Shown: positions 25,701-39,076 of the stretch, piece after piece
Layout of the letters: each line of letters starts with the position of its first letter
Numbering within the stretch: position 1 is the first letter of the stretch
Assembly (NCBI GenBank): GCA_002269645.1
Contig: NIVC01000376.1
Location: 496,001 to 560,000, forward strand
Source of the DNA: Macrostomum lignano
Taxonomy: Eukaryota
DNA: 64,000 nt
Direction of reading: 5' to 3'
Notes under the pieces: model-generated
Database searches by the model: none
Seen by the model: only the letters and a program-made list of their open reading frames with translations
Told to the model about the DNA's origin: nothing
Position numbers and translations under genes: made by a program

Positions 25701-28641
25701 CGATTATTACCTGGGCAAGTGGGCTGGCGTTCCCAAGCCGTTCGCCTACAGCGAGCTGCAGAAGCAACGCTTCGGTCTGAAGGACGTCAATTCAGAGAGC
25801 GACCGGATGGTACCGCCGCAACCGCTGCGTCTGAACGACGGCACCTCGCGGACAGCGGCTCGGTACAACCTGCGCAAGCTCAGCGAGCTGCCCTTCCAGC
25901 TGCTAAAGTCCGGCCGAATGGCGGAGTTAGCTAGCGAATGCCTGTTCAACTACCAGTTCCTTCATGCCAAGCTCAGCGCTTTTCCTCTGCAGGCGCTCTT
26001 GTCAGATCTGGACAGCATGATCGCGAAAACCAACGACAAGGACGCTCGGATTCTCAGCGAATGCCTCCGCTTATCAGCCAGCATCATCACCAAGAGCCCG
26101 AACATGCTAGGGCCGCAGGTCAGTGGTCGCCTGTTGCCCTACTACGCAAACTACGAAAAAGTTCGCAACCTCATCCACGAGTGCGACCGGGAAGGCCCGA
26201 CCCACTGCGCTCTGGTGCCTGGACATCACTATCTGTACACTCCGGGTGGACCTCTGGAGTACTCGCTCGAGGGTCATCAGTTTGCCTGCTACGGTATGCA
26301 GGTGACCAGTGACAGCAACTACCTGGTATCCGTGTCCAATCAGTTCATCATCTGGGACCTGCAGACAGGAGAAATATTTCGTAATATACCTGTGCTCGGC
26401 CTGCAGGGAATCACTCGAGGGATGAGCGTCGATTCAGAGGACAGGCGGGCAGTGAGTTACACAAGCAACAACCAGCTGGTGTTCACAGACTTGGTCTCCG
26501 GTGAGTATAAGTTCTACGATATGCCCAGGGAGGCCGAAATTCGCGGGGTCTTAATCACATCGGCGACCTGCCTTGCGTATACGGCGCGCGGCTGGTCGGA
26601 GTTCAGTCACGCCGCCGAGCTGACGAGCTCAAATCAGCTGCCTGAGAAAGAAGACGGCTGCGTCGAGGAGATTTTGCACTTTGGCTTTAGCGGAGACAGC
26701 GGCGGTGGAGATTCCGACAGGGAATTCTACTTCTGCACATCCGTTGCCACGGTAGACGCACGAGGCTCCGGCGGCGTGGACGCCGGAGAATCATCAACGA
26801 GTAGAGAGTTTAAGCTTTACTTTTGTAGAGACATTACGCGCAGCCTTCGCTACCACACAGGTCTGGCGATGGGTCAGCATCAGTACTTTCTGGCCGAGCG
26901 CTCCAAAGAGGACGCCTCGCTTGACTTTGCTATCCATCGATATGTCAGAAACCATCAAGGTGGAAGCGACGGAGACGCCGGATTCGGTGTTAAAGAGGCA
27001 GCCTACGTTGACAATGTGGAAGAGTTTTGCGGCTTGACACTCAGCGATGATGAATCTATTCTGGTGGCCGCCTGCTCCAACGAGTTTAAGCTGTGGCACC
27101 TCACTTCGCAGAATCGTCCCTGCGTTCTGGCACTTCTGCCCAAAGGCTGCCAGAATATACCGAATCGGAACCCTATGCAGAACCTGGTTGCTTTCAGTCG
27201 GGGCAACGAGTTTATGGTTGCCGCTCTGCGCCACTTGGTCCTGGTCTACTCCTGCAAAACCGGCACCCTCATGAAGAAACTGGACGCTCATTTCGGCCGC
27301 GTCATCGCGTTGACTAGCTCGGCGCCGTTAAACCGCCTCATATCATCCGCAATGGACAAAACAATCAAGGTTTGGAACTTCAACAACATCATGGAGCGCG
27401 TGTTCAGCATTCCCCACATGGAGAAACCAATAGATTCGATTTCACTAGCAAAAGACGGTAGGACAGCGCTGACTGTAGCTCGCACCCACCTGGGGCTGTG
27501 GGACTTTCAGCGGGGTCACTTACTGCGGACTTTCTCGGCAAGTGGCAGCGCTATTATCTTCAAGGCGATCATCTCGCACGATGCAACTGCAGCCGTATCT
27601 GGTGACAACCGACGTCTGGTCTTCTGGCGTCTACCAGAAGGCGAGGCGACGCAAACGCGAGACTGCGGGCCTGTGGTTGGACTCGAGCTGTCGCAGGATG
27701 GCGCCAAGTTGGTTGCAGTTAGCACTGACAAGCGAGCCCCGAAGACAACCAGCCTGGTTTGCTATTCCATGCCCGGAGGGGAACTTCTTTTCGAATTCGA
27801 ATACTACCAAGGCGCCGAGTTTGTGGCGCCAATTGTTGCGCTGGACAGCGCCAGACTGCTCGTGCCATGCGCTGCCAACGACGACGAATTTATCGTGTCG
27901 TTTTACGACGCCGCGTCCGGTGCTTTCCTCGACAAGACGAAGCCGCGGTTAGGCGGCAATGACGCAAAGCCGGTGCGCCAGCTGGTGGCCTTGCCCGGCA
28001 AGCCGGCCTGGCTCGGCCTCATCACTGAGGACCGCGGACACATCTGGGATGTCAGGAAGAAAGCGGCAGTGCGCTCGGTGCCCGAGTGGCAGGGCGACGT
28101 TACGTCCGACGGCGCCTACGGGCTCTTCTCCCCGCTGATCGGGGGCGTGAAGCTGCTCGACCTGCGCAAGCCGCAGCACTCCAAGTGGATCCTGCGACGC
28201 CAGGCTGCCGACGGAGTCTTCCCCAGCTTGACCGTGTTCACCAACAACGACAAGTACATCGTACACTTTCACAGCGGTCGCAAGACGGTGCGGCTTATTC
28301 GCGTCGCAGACGGCGCTTTACTAGCCGACTTTAAGGTGCACGCCGAGGTCAAAGCGCTGGTCGGATGTGTTGACAACCGCGGCGTCGTCTGCGGCGGCGT
28401 CGACGGTTCGCTGACGCTGCTGGTGATTGCGGATCCGTCGGAGCCCGACTTCGTCGAGCAACTGGCGTCTCTGCCAAGCCGCAGCGTGGAGTTGGTGCTG
28501 CGCGACCGAGCCGGGGGCGGCAGCGGCGGTGGCGACGAGGCTGCGAATCTGCCGATGGCGGCGGGCGTGAGGGTGGCTCGGCTGGTCAGTCAGTGGCGCA
28601 TGAGTCGGGTGGACAACTCTAAGGCCTGCTGCGTGCAGTAG
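16735..28641 (+). CDS. NACHT and WD-repeat protein (NWD1/NWD2-like STAND): polyQ repeats - acidic linker - DUF4062-like domain - NACHT - WD40; ~2364 aa, 8 exons
   Basis: Exons 16735-18781, 18876-18964, 19522-19848, 20750-20894, 22941-23219, 24220-24365, 24457-24591, 24715-28641. All introns GT-AG and phases consistent. Motifs [17 protein letters not shown], Walker A GDPGCGKT, Walker [12 protein letters not shown]-type [14 protein letters not shown]. Start is uncertain (frame is open from 16660). Confidence 0.9.
17533..18276 (+). repeat. Coding tandem repeat: ~5 x 69 nt ([23 protein letters not shown]) then 7 x 54 nt ([18 protein letters not shown])
   Basis: Counted from the translated ORF 16660-18870. 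Confidence 0.95.
19024..19515. repeat. 15-nt minisatellite (acagaatacacatgg) filling NWD intron 2
   Basis: Direct reading; runs up to the acceptor at 19520-19521. Confidence 0.95.
19963..20403. mobile_element. Inverted copy of the 15664-16106 MITE-like element, in NWD intron 3
   Basis: 20281-20390 is the reverse complement of ~15680-15790. It has its own TIRs taactagatgggccactc / gagtggcccatctagtta. Confidence 0.75.
21008..21960. repeat. ~23-25 nt minisatellite (cagtgtccgaggatcattccaaa) in NWD intron 4
   Basis: Direct reading. Confidence 0.95.
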
Positions 28642-30057
28642 GGGGATTGAAGTGTTTCAACAGGAGCTACAGTCATCCATGCATACCGAATGAAGCAATT
28701 TTTTTACCTCATTCAAAATATTTAGCTGACCACTTTAGATATCTTTGCAGAATTACGATTTTGAGTCCCTTGTTTGAGTCGATTTAGTCATATCTGTAAG
28801 CTATAGCTATATACGTAACTGACGAGCGTATTTGTCCAAGATTTTTAATTCGAATCCATGTAAGCTTAAGTTCATTATTGTCGATAAATTGGCACAGACA
28901 AAAGCTTGATAATAAACTAGCTTAAATCAGATCAGGTAAGCATGCTTGCAACAACTGCAGCCTGCAGACGACGCCATTTTTTAATGTACTTCTCGCGTTG
29001 AATAATAGTTAAACAACTAAAATTGCTTTTGACCCACAGTTGTCCAGGTGTATAATTCTCTTGTTCTATACTTTCCTTGATAAAACAGATTAAAATATCT
29101 GACTTTCTTACTGGGAAAGTAAGTTTACCACCCTGACAAAAGTGCAATACAGCTTTTTTGTCTATTTTTATTATTGCTTTCTTTAACACTAGTAGTCAAT
29201 GAGTAGTGGAACTCTGCATATTCGAATGGATTTTAATTAGTCAATCAAAAGGCGAGGCAGCTTTGATAAATAATAAGCCAATAAAAGCACGCATTCAGTT
29301 AGTCAAGTGTATTAACAGCTGATGCATGTAGTAGTGTACATTGTTCTTTATTTGTTTCAGTCATGAATAAATATGAGCAGCCTAATCTGATTCCCATCAA
29401 GGTTTCTAAGATTTAGTGTTCTTTCAAATCGGTTTAATCATCTAAATATAATAAATCTCTAAGATCTGACCGTAATCTAAATATACTAAATCTTAAGTTA
29501 CTAATTGCCCTTAGTTTACAGTATCAATAAACTAAGTAAGCTGGTTTTATGGCATGTTCAAATATCACAAGTGTGCGAGCCAATCTATTTTTAGAGCTGG
29601 GGTAGGCTAGCTGACTGTATGTACACTGCACTAAGGTCTTTTTTTCTTACCCCAATGTACACACAGATATATGTACATTAGTATTAGGCCGAGTCTGAAC
29701 GGGAGGGCTGGGTAAGAGAGAGAGACAGAATGTTCCCGCCTTCCACTGTGGTGTACAATGAACGCACATTTAACGTTTAAACGTGCATAGCAGTGCGATA
29801 TTTATCAATTTCTCCTACCACCCTCCCAAAAATTTAAAAGCCACCAGCTATAGATATGAAGCAATTCAAACACAACAAGGCGATATACATGTGGAAGAAA
29901 ATAAATAGATATTTACAAAATCATCTACGTCGTAACAATATTGTGCTCAATCGTCACACGGACTCACGGGTGAGGCAAGGGATGCTTGCTACATTGCAAA
30001 CAGCGCTAGATTCCGCCATGCCACTTTAAGGCTTAAGGAAGGAACAGAAAAATCTCA

Positions 30058-32762
30058 CTAATCACTCTCCAGCTCCACAAATTCTAACGCTTCGTTCACT
30101 TTTCCGACAACGGCTCCGCTTTGCTTCGCTGTTGAAGGCTCGAAATTGTCTTTTTCTTTGGATTTTTTCTGCTTTTTGTCCTTCTTTTTCGCTTTCTTTT
30201 CCTTGTCCGTCGGTTGTACGTCATTAGCATCCTCTGCCGAGGCCCCTTTTTTAGTCTTCGTTGATTCAGCTTTATCTTTCTCTTTTCTGCCGCCACTATC
30301 TTTGTTCTTTTCCTTCTCTTTCTTCTTCTTTTTCTTTGATTTTTCTTTTTCATCGTCGTTCTCGGATTTGTCGTCGTCCAAAGCGCCGCCACCTTTGCCG
30401 TCCTCGGCGTCGCTGCCCTCGCTACCGCTGTTGCGGGACCGCCAGCGAGGCCGGCGGATGGTCAGCTTGTCGCGGATCTTCTTGCCAACCGACTCCTGCA
30501 GCTCCGGGATGTTGTCGGCGTTGCCACTGCGGCTGCTCCGATCGGCGTCCGAGTTGGCGCCGTCGCTGTCGTTGGTGACGATCACACAAACGCCGTCGTC
30601 GCGTTGACGACGACTCAATGACAAGTCGGCGTCCGATGTCGACGAGCGTCGACGTCGATTGAGCCGGCGCTGCTGACCGGAGTCGACGCGCTCGCCCCAT
30701 TCGCTGGCGCAGTCGCCGTCGCCGCTGCCGTGCGCTGAGGACGCTTTACGCTTCTCACGGTGCTTTCTGATCTTGTTGCCCAGCTTGTAGCCGGACTCGA
30801 TTGGGAACTGCACGGTTCGGCGGTGCGCGTTTTGTTATGATTTATTATTTAACAGCTGATTGTCCGTTGTTGAATTTGTGAGTTCATGGCTGAACTCACG
30901 GGTAAGTTCGTGAGTTCGTGACTTCATAAATTCACCAAGATCGTGAGGTTTTCAGTACTTACTCGAATAACTTTGCCCATTTTCTTAAAACTCCTATGCC
31001 TCTTCGACAGCTCTTCCGGTTCCGCCTGCAATTCGCAAGAGAATTTTCAGCAGTTTCTTAGAAAGTGTAATGACAGCCTATCTTTCTGTTGTTAGAGAAT
31101 GTAAGAAAGAACACACAAAACAGCATTTATGATACTATCGAGTCTGTTGGCTTTGCAAATTGATACTGACTGACCCCTGGCACGGGCGATCTCGGATTGC
31201 GCCGCGACAGTCGACCAGTCGGATTCAAATTAAAGACGCCGCCGTTCGACTGGAAAAGTTCATGGAAAGAACTTTTGAGCCACGGATGAGGGGTCACGGT
31301 GAATCATGCAGCCCCAGACTACCGAGCAATAAAGTTTTGAATAGTAATTTTGACAAAATTTCTACAAAAATAGTGATAGCTAACTAACAACAAAACAACA
31401 ACAGAATTGAATTTGTCTTGGCCTCCCCCGGAGAGATAAGAAGGAAAGGAAGAGGAGAGAACCGAGAGAGACACAAACCCTGAGCGGACCAAATTGCTAT
31501 TGTGAAGTTTCCAAGGACCCGAGGGCCGGATAGAGGAAGCTTCGTGGGCCGGAGTTTGCTGATTCATGACCTAGGTAGAAGCTTTACGCTTACTTAAAGC
31601 CAGATTTTGAATATTTTCTAAGATAAAAGTTTCTCAAACCTCTACTCAAGTAAGTCTAAGCAATAAGTTCATTGCCATCAGACAGGCTACCATAAAGCAA
31701 ACAACAGCGCAGACTCACTTCATCTTCATCATTCTCATCAGCATTAGCATTATCGGTGTCTTCTCCGCTGCTCCTGCGACCTCCGCTAGCACCGTTTCTT
31801 TCCGGCTTTTTCGACCTGCTTGATGTCGCTTTCGCCGTTGCGCCTTCAGTTTTGGAGCGTTTCTTTTTGTCCTTGTCGCTCTTTTTCTTGCTAACTTCGT
31901 CGCCGCCGCTGCTGCTGCTGTCGTCGAGTGCCTCGCCATCATCGTCCCCCTCTTCCTCCTCATCGTTGCTCCCGGCTCCGTTTTTCTCGCGTCGACGTCG
32001 CCTCGCCTCGCGCAGCTTCCGACGCGCCCGCTTCATGTAGTCCTCGCCTGCGATGATCTCGTCCGGCTGCTTGAAGATCAGCCGTCGCAGCTCCATCTTC
32101 TTCTCGTGCAGCCAGGCTTTGCGCTTGGCCGGCTTGTCGCGGGCCTCCTCGAGCTCAATCTGCGACACCAGCTGGAGCATTCGCTCGCGAATGGCCTCGC
32201 TGCGGAGCTCCTGCGGGATCGAATGGCGGCCGTTGGGAGGCTTAGGCTAGATAGGGGACATTATTGGCAGTTTACATCTGAGAGACCAACTCAATTGACT
32301 TGTCTTAGCAATCAGATATTATCATTGCTATTTATAGCTAGTAATTTTTCTGGGGCCTTGGTCAAGAAGAAGAAGGTACAGGTACACGTAAAAGGTAACG
32401 TATGAATGCAGAGAGAGGGACACTGTCCTACTGCCCTTGAGGACTGTCCTCCAGTTGCGTATGCCAATGTTTTATGGAGGTATAACCAAAATATAGATCC
32501 CCATTGAGTAGCAGTCCTAGCCGATTTCATTCACCTTCTCACGCTGTAGCAGCCATCTGGGATTTTTGTTTGAAACAATGCCGCCATCCCGAGCAGATTT
32601 CGGCTCCTCTGCTGTTGCCGCCGCCGAATCGTCCGGCACGGTGAACAGTTTGAGAGTCTGGGCGCTGATTGGCGCGGGACCCTCCGCCGCCGCCGAGGTC
32701 CCCTGACTGGCACCGTCGATCACAGGTGAACGACCTCGCCTCCGATCTTTTTTACTGCTCAT
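30058..32762 (-). CDS. Lys/Arg/Asp/Ser-rich, probably disordered orphan protein, ~500 aa, 3 exons
   Basis: Exons 32762-32535, 32246-31719, 30807-30058, with phase-0 GT-AG junctions (EK|PKP, DE|FPI). GC-rich coding-like composition. No recognised domain. Confidence 0.65.
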
Positions 32763-33295
32763 GATGCTGTTGTTGCTGCTGATGATGATGATGTTGAGTC
32801 AGAGTCGACCGACTTAGCTGTGTGCTCCTCACACTATGCTACTCTCAGTTTTTCTTACCTTAGCTTGAGCACGGCCATTTCAGCAGTCAGGCCATCTAAC
32901 TGCACTTGAGTAGAGCATGATGAAGGGTTAGAAAAGATTCTGCACTGGGACAATGATGAAGACAGTTGCAGAGTAGGCGAATTGGGGTTGGTTGGCTTTT
33001 GGACACTCTGCCCCCCACCTGGGTTCAGTGTGGTTAAGTGTACTCACCACCCCTGCCTCACAGACCAGAGAAGAGTTTTTTGTGCGCGTGAGGTGTATGC
33101 CAGGGTGAAAACTGTGAGAGCATTTTGCTCATAGCTGTACAATGCCCATGCCGCAGCTAGTGTGTTCATCTTGCACAGTGAAATGAGTGAATAGTACGAC
33201 TGACTTTGAGTTTCGGAAACCTCTCGCTCTTTCTATGCATTTTTGGCTCATGAAGAAGCTGATATTTAAATGAAGGAGGCTGCACGTTCTAATCG

Positions 33296-33585
33296 CTGAG
33301 ATGTCAAGGCTTGTTGGGGGAATTGCAGAGATGTCAAGGCTTGTAGGGGGAATTGCAGAGATGTCAAGGCTTGTAGGGGGAATTGCAGAGATGTCAAGGC
33401 TTGTAGGGGGAATTGCAGAGATGTCAAGGCTTATTGGGGGAATTGCAGAGATGTCAAGGCTTATTGGGGGAATTGCAGAGATGTCAAGGCTTGTTGGGGG
33501 AATTGCAGAGATGTCAAGGCTTATTGGGGGAATCGCAGAGATGTCAAGGCTTGTTGGGGGAATTGCAGAGATGTCAAGGCTTACG
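33296..33585. repeat. 30-nt minisatellite (gatgtcaaggcttgtagggggaattgcaga) x ~10; related units at 47432-47550
   Basis: Direct reading. Confidence 0.95.
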
Positions 33586-34075
33586 GGCGTAATTGCTTAG
33601 GTGTCAAGAAAAATAGGATTCAAATAAGTAATTTTCTCCCGAACGGGGCACTAAATTGGTAGTTTCTATAAGACTGCACAACTGATTCGGAATGGTTTCT
33701 AATTAAAGAACCAATATATTTGTCGTGCGCTTTCAAGTTGACTCAAGACAAGTCATTTTGAAGCTGCCCGACGTGATATTATACTGTGCTGAAACCTGCT
33801 CTGGGCTTCATTTAATCATCTAGACTGCTCAGCAACTTGTTTGCTCTGGCCTGAAATAATTATTACTCCACGTTGGGTATTAATCCACTAATGCTTCATC
33901 CGTTGCTACAAATCGTGAAACTTCTGTCAGCACCAAATTCCCAATATGTCTGTCACCTTCGAAGCAAGCAAAATGCGGGTGAAGCTTCAGCAGCGCCTGT
34001 CTCTATTGTGTACTTTTTCTAGGTCAACTTTCTCTCGACTGTATTTAGTTTGTCTATGGCAAAAATCCCATTTGA

Positions 34076-34386
<311 letters not shown>

Positions 34387-34888
34387 CTTAAGTACCATGG
34401 TGTTAGGAAGCACACTTTTACCTAAACCGTTTCCCTGTATCCCAATTTTTGTCTAGCTTTAGGTTTTTATTTTATCAATTCAAGCTCATACAACTATTGC
34501 TAAACAAATGAGGTATTACTGAAATACGAAAGTTTATTAAGCTAAAAAATCAAACAAATCAAGGTTGTAAAGATCTGTCCAAACCGAACCGAAGTTATGA
34601 CTAATACTTTCTTGAAAGATGCCACATACTCGTAGTGTGTGTAAACTCGCTCAGCCTTCGTGTCTGTGCGTAAACCAACCCCACTCTATCGAGCCTATTC
34701 TCTCCATCGGTGTCTGACTCAGCAGCCTCCTCTCAAGCTATTCTCATTCTTCGAGCTAAAGAGATAAAAACTGTTTGAGCGCAAGCAGGTATAAAAATAC
34801 CTTAGCCCAGGGTCATGCGGTCTGGCGTGCATCCAGCATTTTCAGCCGAGCAGAAACCTTAGACGCTAATTACAAGCAGTGCACGTCA

Positions 34889-37205
34889 ATGAACGACGAG
34901 GAGCTTCGCTATGGCATGCGGTGCCGCTACCTGCGAGACGAGCTGGTCGAACTGCCACCCGGCGGCCGGGTCATCCGCACGCTGGTCAGAAACGACGGCC
35001 TGAAGCACCGAAATGTCACGTGCGCCTTCATCGTGCGCAGCGACGGCGACCCTGGCGAGACGCATCAGCCAGACGGTGTCGGCGGAGCCTCATTCAGCGG
35101 CATCCTCGTGGTGCGCTGCTTCGGCGTCTGCTGCGACAGCACGCTGACTGTGCGCCTGCGGCTCAGCGTCGCCGTCGGTGACACCACGGTGTGCAGCCGG
35201 GCTTGGATGGAGGGCGTCGAGGTAACCAGAATGCACTATTGCAATAATGCAGTTGCGGCCTGTACATGCAATGCTCTGACAGGAATTTTACTATGTGGGC
35301 CGCGATAAAATGGTCCAAAACTTTGCGAAATCTATTATAAATCCCAGGAGATAAGAAGCGCAGCAGTTCATTGGAGGAGCTCGGGGTTGCTATCGCTGTC
35401 AGTCAGCTGTCACTGCAGAAGCCAAACTGGGTCAGTGTCGAATACACATCGCAACTCAGAGATTAGTATCTGATCTTCAGAATTCTTCTTAATTAATGAT
35501 ATCCCCAGCAACCCCACCAGAAACCTGTGAAGAAGTGCATTACTGCAAGTGCAAGAAGTCAGAGGAATGCTTTGCGAATGGCCCTCATGGCGTGACTCAG
35601 GCGACAAGTCTTTGTCCCAATCCGACTTCCCAAGTATTCTCGGACTGACTCCGCATTAGTCAGGCTAACCCAGATTAAATCCGGCCCCTCTGCCCTTCAA
35701 GATAACCGAGGAGGAGTCGGCCATCCGTTTCGCCGGAATTCTGCGTCTGGGCGACTTCGAGACCGGGGCGACTTCGGCGCAGCTGGTTGAAGTTCGCCTG
35801 CAGTTCGACATCAAAGCCGCCGCGCCCAGCTTCCTGCTGGTGCCGAGGGTGCCCACATTCCAATGGACACTGCTCAATGACGAGGAGAAGCAGATGGTGG
35901 AGGTTGGTCGGCGGATTTCTAATGCCTTTTTAATATAGGAGTGAAATTGGTGCAATTGGGAACTGCAGCTCGTATGAAGGCAAGTGAGATTTGGGAGTGC
36001 GAACTTACCTGGGACTGAAGTTGATGAGGGAGTGTGAACTTGGAGAGTGAAGCAGTGGAGTGTGACCTGTACACAGGAGTGGACTAACTGCTTTATAAAT
36101 CCTATTCGGAACCATCAAAAACATTAATATACCACAGAATATGTATACTAAGCAACATTAAATAGTGGCCACCTTTGAGAGTGCGCAGTAGATTCCAGCT
36201 CAGTATTGACTTTTGAGTGATGCAACTGGCGCCACGCCACGCGATGCAGAGTTGGGGTGAGTGAGGAGGAATTGGGAAGAGTGGAGGGCGAAGATTGGAT
36301 GGATTGAAGCTTCCGCCTGGTTTTCATTGTTTTTTCAAGCATTTTTTAAATATCAAAATGGTTGCCCAGGTGATAGACGCTGGTCGAAAGACACTGCCTA
36401 CTGGGGCAAAGGGTGGCGACTTTTCAATGTTGCTGAGTATATACTCCGTGTTCATATACAGTTTAGCATCGAAGCTGAAGAGCTATTTGTGCTTAATTTA
36501 AAATTCTCCCAGAATCGCGTGTCCCCATGCACCTGTAGAACTGTACAAATGGTGAGATGACAACTCAAATTACAGGTGAACTGCTCAGACGGAGCCCTGT
36601 GCGCTGAGCGCAGCCTACTGATGCGCGAGTCCTCTCTGTGGAAGAGCCGATTGTCCAACTCGGACTCGAACTCCGTGGACTGCAGCGAGTTCAGCCAGTC
36701 CGACATGAAGGTGTTCCTGTTCTACCTGCAGACTCAGCTATTCTTCGACCTGGCCAGATTCGACACCTTCAATTCGATGGCGCAGATTTCCGTGCGCTAT
36801 TCCGTGTCGGGCATCGTCAAGCGCTGCGCGATGTTCGTCAACGACTGCGTCCTGCTGGCGGAGGCCGGCAACAGGCAGTCGGCTGGAGCCACCAGCGCCG
36901 CCACCGAGGCAACGGCGCCAAGCGGCGGCAGCCAGCAGTCCGTCAGCTCGAAGGTGCGCTGGACGCCCGACGATCTCGTTGCAATCTGGCGCACCACCGT
37001 GAGCTACCTGGGCGAGGACGGCCTTGGCAAGGCACTGATGCGTCTCATCAGCCAGTCGAGCTACTCGGAGATTGTCAATTTGAGCAGCTTCCAGCAGCTG
37101 GATGCGTTGACTAAGAGTCAGTTCTATCATCAGTTCCTGCTGTGCAAGGAGAGCAGCCGCGGCATGGCGACCGGAGGAGCTCCGGCTGCCGCCCCTATTT
37201 CTTAG
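34889..37205 (+). CDS. Divergent BTB/POZ-domain protein with N-terminal beta-rich region, ~387 aa, 3 exons
   Basis: Exons 34889-35221, 35702-35902, 36576-37205, all phase 0 GT-AG. VNCSDGALCAERSLLMRESSLWKSRL...VDCSEFSQSDMKVFLFYL fits the BTB pattern (aHr.vL...S..f...i.l.d......fl.fly). Confidence 0.6.
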
Positions 37206-38667
37206 AAACTGGACCTTTGGCCAGCAATTTTCTCTTGAGCTACATATTGTGCTGTTTTTGTTTGTTATTTTGAGTAGCTCGACGCTATCGAATGTTTCTG
37301 TATACCTACTATTAAACCGGCAAAGTGAATGTAGAGTCATTAAAAAACCCAGTTCACTACTAATAGGGACTCGACGCGTCTCACTCAGTCAGAGTGGCGT
37401 AATGGGACATAGATCCTACGATTATGAATTGGCAATGACAGCTCCTGTTTTTAGTAAACTTACAATCTCTATAGACCTGTTTTTCCACCAGTTTTCAAGG
37501 AGTTACGTTGTCCAGAATCAGAAAAACGGAAATTTCCCTGACAAGACGCTGAAGAAATTCTAATGCTTTTGTTTTTTGAGGATCCATTATTTCTTTCTCA
37601 GTCAAATAAATCCTTGAATCCAGTGTACAGGGAAGACAATCCCGTTCTGACTTTTCTGGTCGTAACTATATACATGTAATTCATTATAATAGAACTATTT
37701 CTTTATTTAGTAGATGAGTCTGTCCCCGGGTTGATGTAGATTAATATACTATAAGTTAGAAAGAATCGAGGCATAGCGAGCCTTAATGCTACTTACAAAT
37801 AGCTACTTCAGTAGTATAAATAATACAAAAATTTTCGCGCGGTGACGTCGTCTCTGAGGCGTCTTCTTGGGGGATGTCTTGGAGACCGTCGTGGGGACGC
37901 TTTGGCAGGGGGGCCAGCATCAGCGATGGAGCCAAAGCTAAGTGCATGTACATGTAGTTGTTAAGGGAACGGCTAGCCAAGATTCATTCGGAACAGGGAC
38001 GCGAAGGTCGCTAAATCACCCTAGGGGTCCGTACTCGCACTGCGCTTAATTTCAAATGCGAGTCTAAAAATTAATCAAACAAAGTGGCCGATCTCACACG
38101 TATTGATTCTGCAATCTTTTTGGCGGTGATGATCTTCAACTTCATGCAATAATGCCTTTCAAGTACAAACTCCCACGATCTAATTTATTGTTTTTGAAGC
38201 GGTGCAAAACAAGTTTTTTTAATTAGCAAATGCAATTTTCACAGAAAGGTAATTACATGTACTGTAATTATCTAATTTTTTCGATTGTACCTAACTACCC
38301 GACTTACTTGACTCAGCTCCGGATGCAGCGAGGAGGCGTCGCCGCCCATTCCGCTAGCCACTGGCGACCACGGGCAGCTGGTGCAGCGGTGTCGCGCAGG
38401 GAGATCCGGTGGTGCCGGTGTCCGCAGCGCGGTCCCCCTCCGGAGAGTCCAGGAGGTGGATGGTCGCTCATCCAGTAGCCCTTAGGTAGCGGACGAGCTC
38501 GCAGAGATTCGACACTGGAGAGGCAGAATGGGCATTCCTCGCTACGGATTTTTACCTGAAGGTGGCGATGCCTGCTGGCAAAACAGCCATGGTATTGATG
38601 TCCCCGCGGTTGATTCTACGAGCTAAACTACCAGAGGATTAGCCAAGGACCACTGTAGTAAAACAGG

Positions 38668-39076
38668 ACGTAAAACTCAAAGATCGTGTATTTTTTAGAG
38701 GCCAGTTTTTGGGGAAAAAATACACTACGGAGATAGGAAAATACTTTTCATCATAAAATCAATGATTGCATTTGATCTTGGCAGTGAAGATTATCTTTCT
38801 TTTAATTTAGGATGCACGGAATGTTACTCTGTTATTAATTTATACAGCTGGGCAGTGAAAGTATAATTTTCACATTGTTTTCTTTTTATTTCATAAGCCC
38901 AAGTTAGTATGCACTAACTGTGTACGCATGTTTGCAGGAACTAATATGCATTGAAATCGAATTATACCTATAATAAGGGCTCAAGAGTACCTGCATGCAA
39001 CATTTTCCTATCTCCGCGGTGCATTTTTTCCCAGGAAATTTGCCAAAGAAAATGACGCGATCTTTAAGTTTTACGT
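38668..39076. mobile_element. Fold-back / MITE-like element with ~75 bp imperfect terminal inverted repeats
   Basis: 38668-38741 (acgtaaaactcaaagatcgtg...ggagataggaaaa) is the approximate reverse complement of 39003-39076. Confidence 0.55.

Noticed and set aside
24999-28334. Overlapping alternative-frame and antisense ORFs within NWD exon 8 (same for ELAV, BTB and AtuA exons)
   Set aside because: Expected shadows of GC-rich coding sequence; no independent domain signal.
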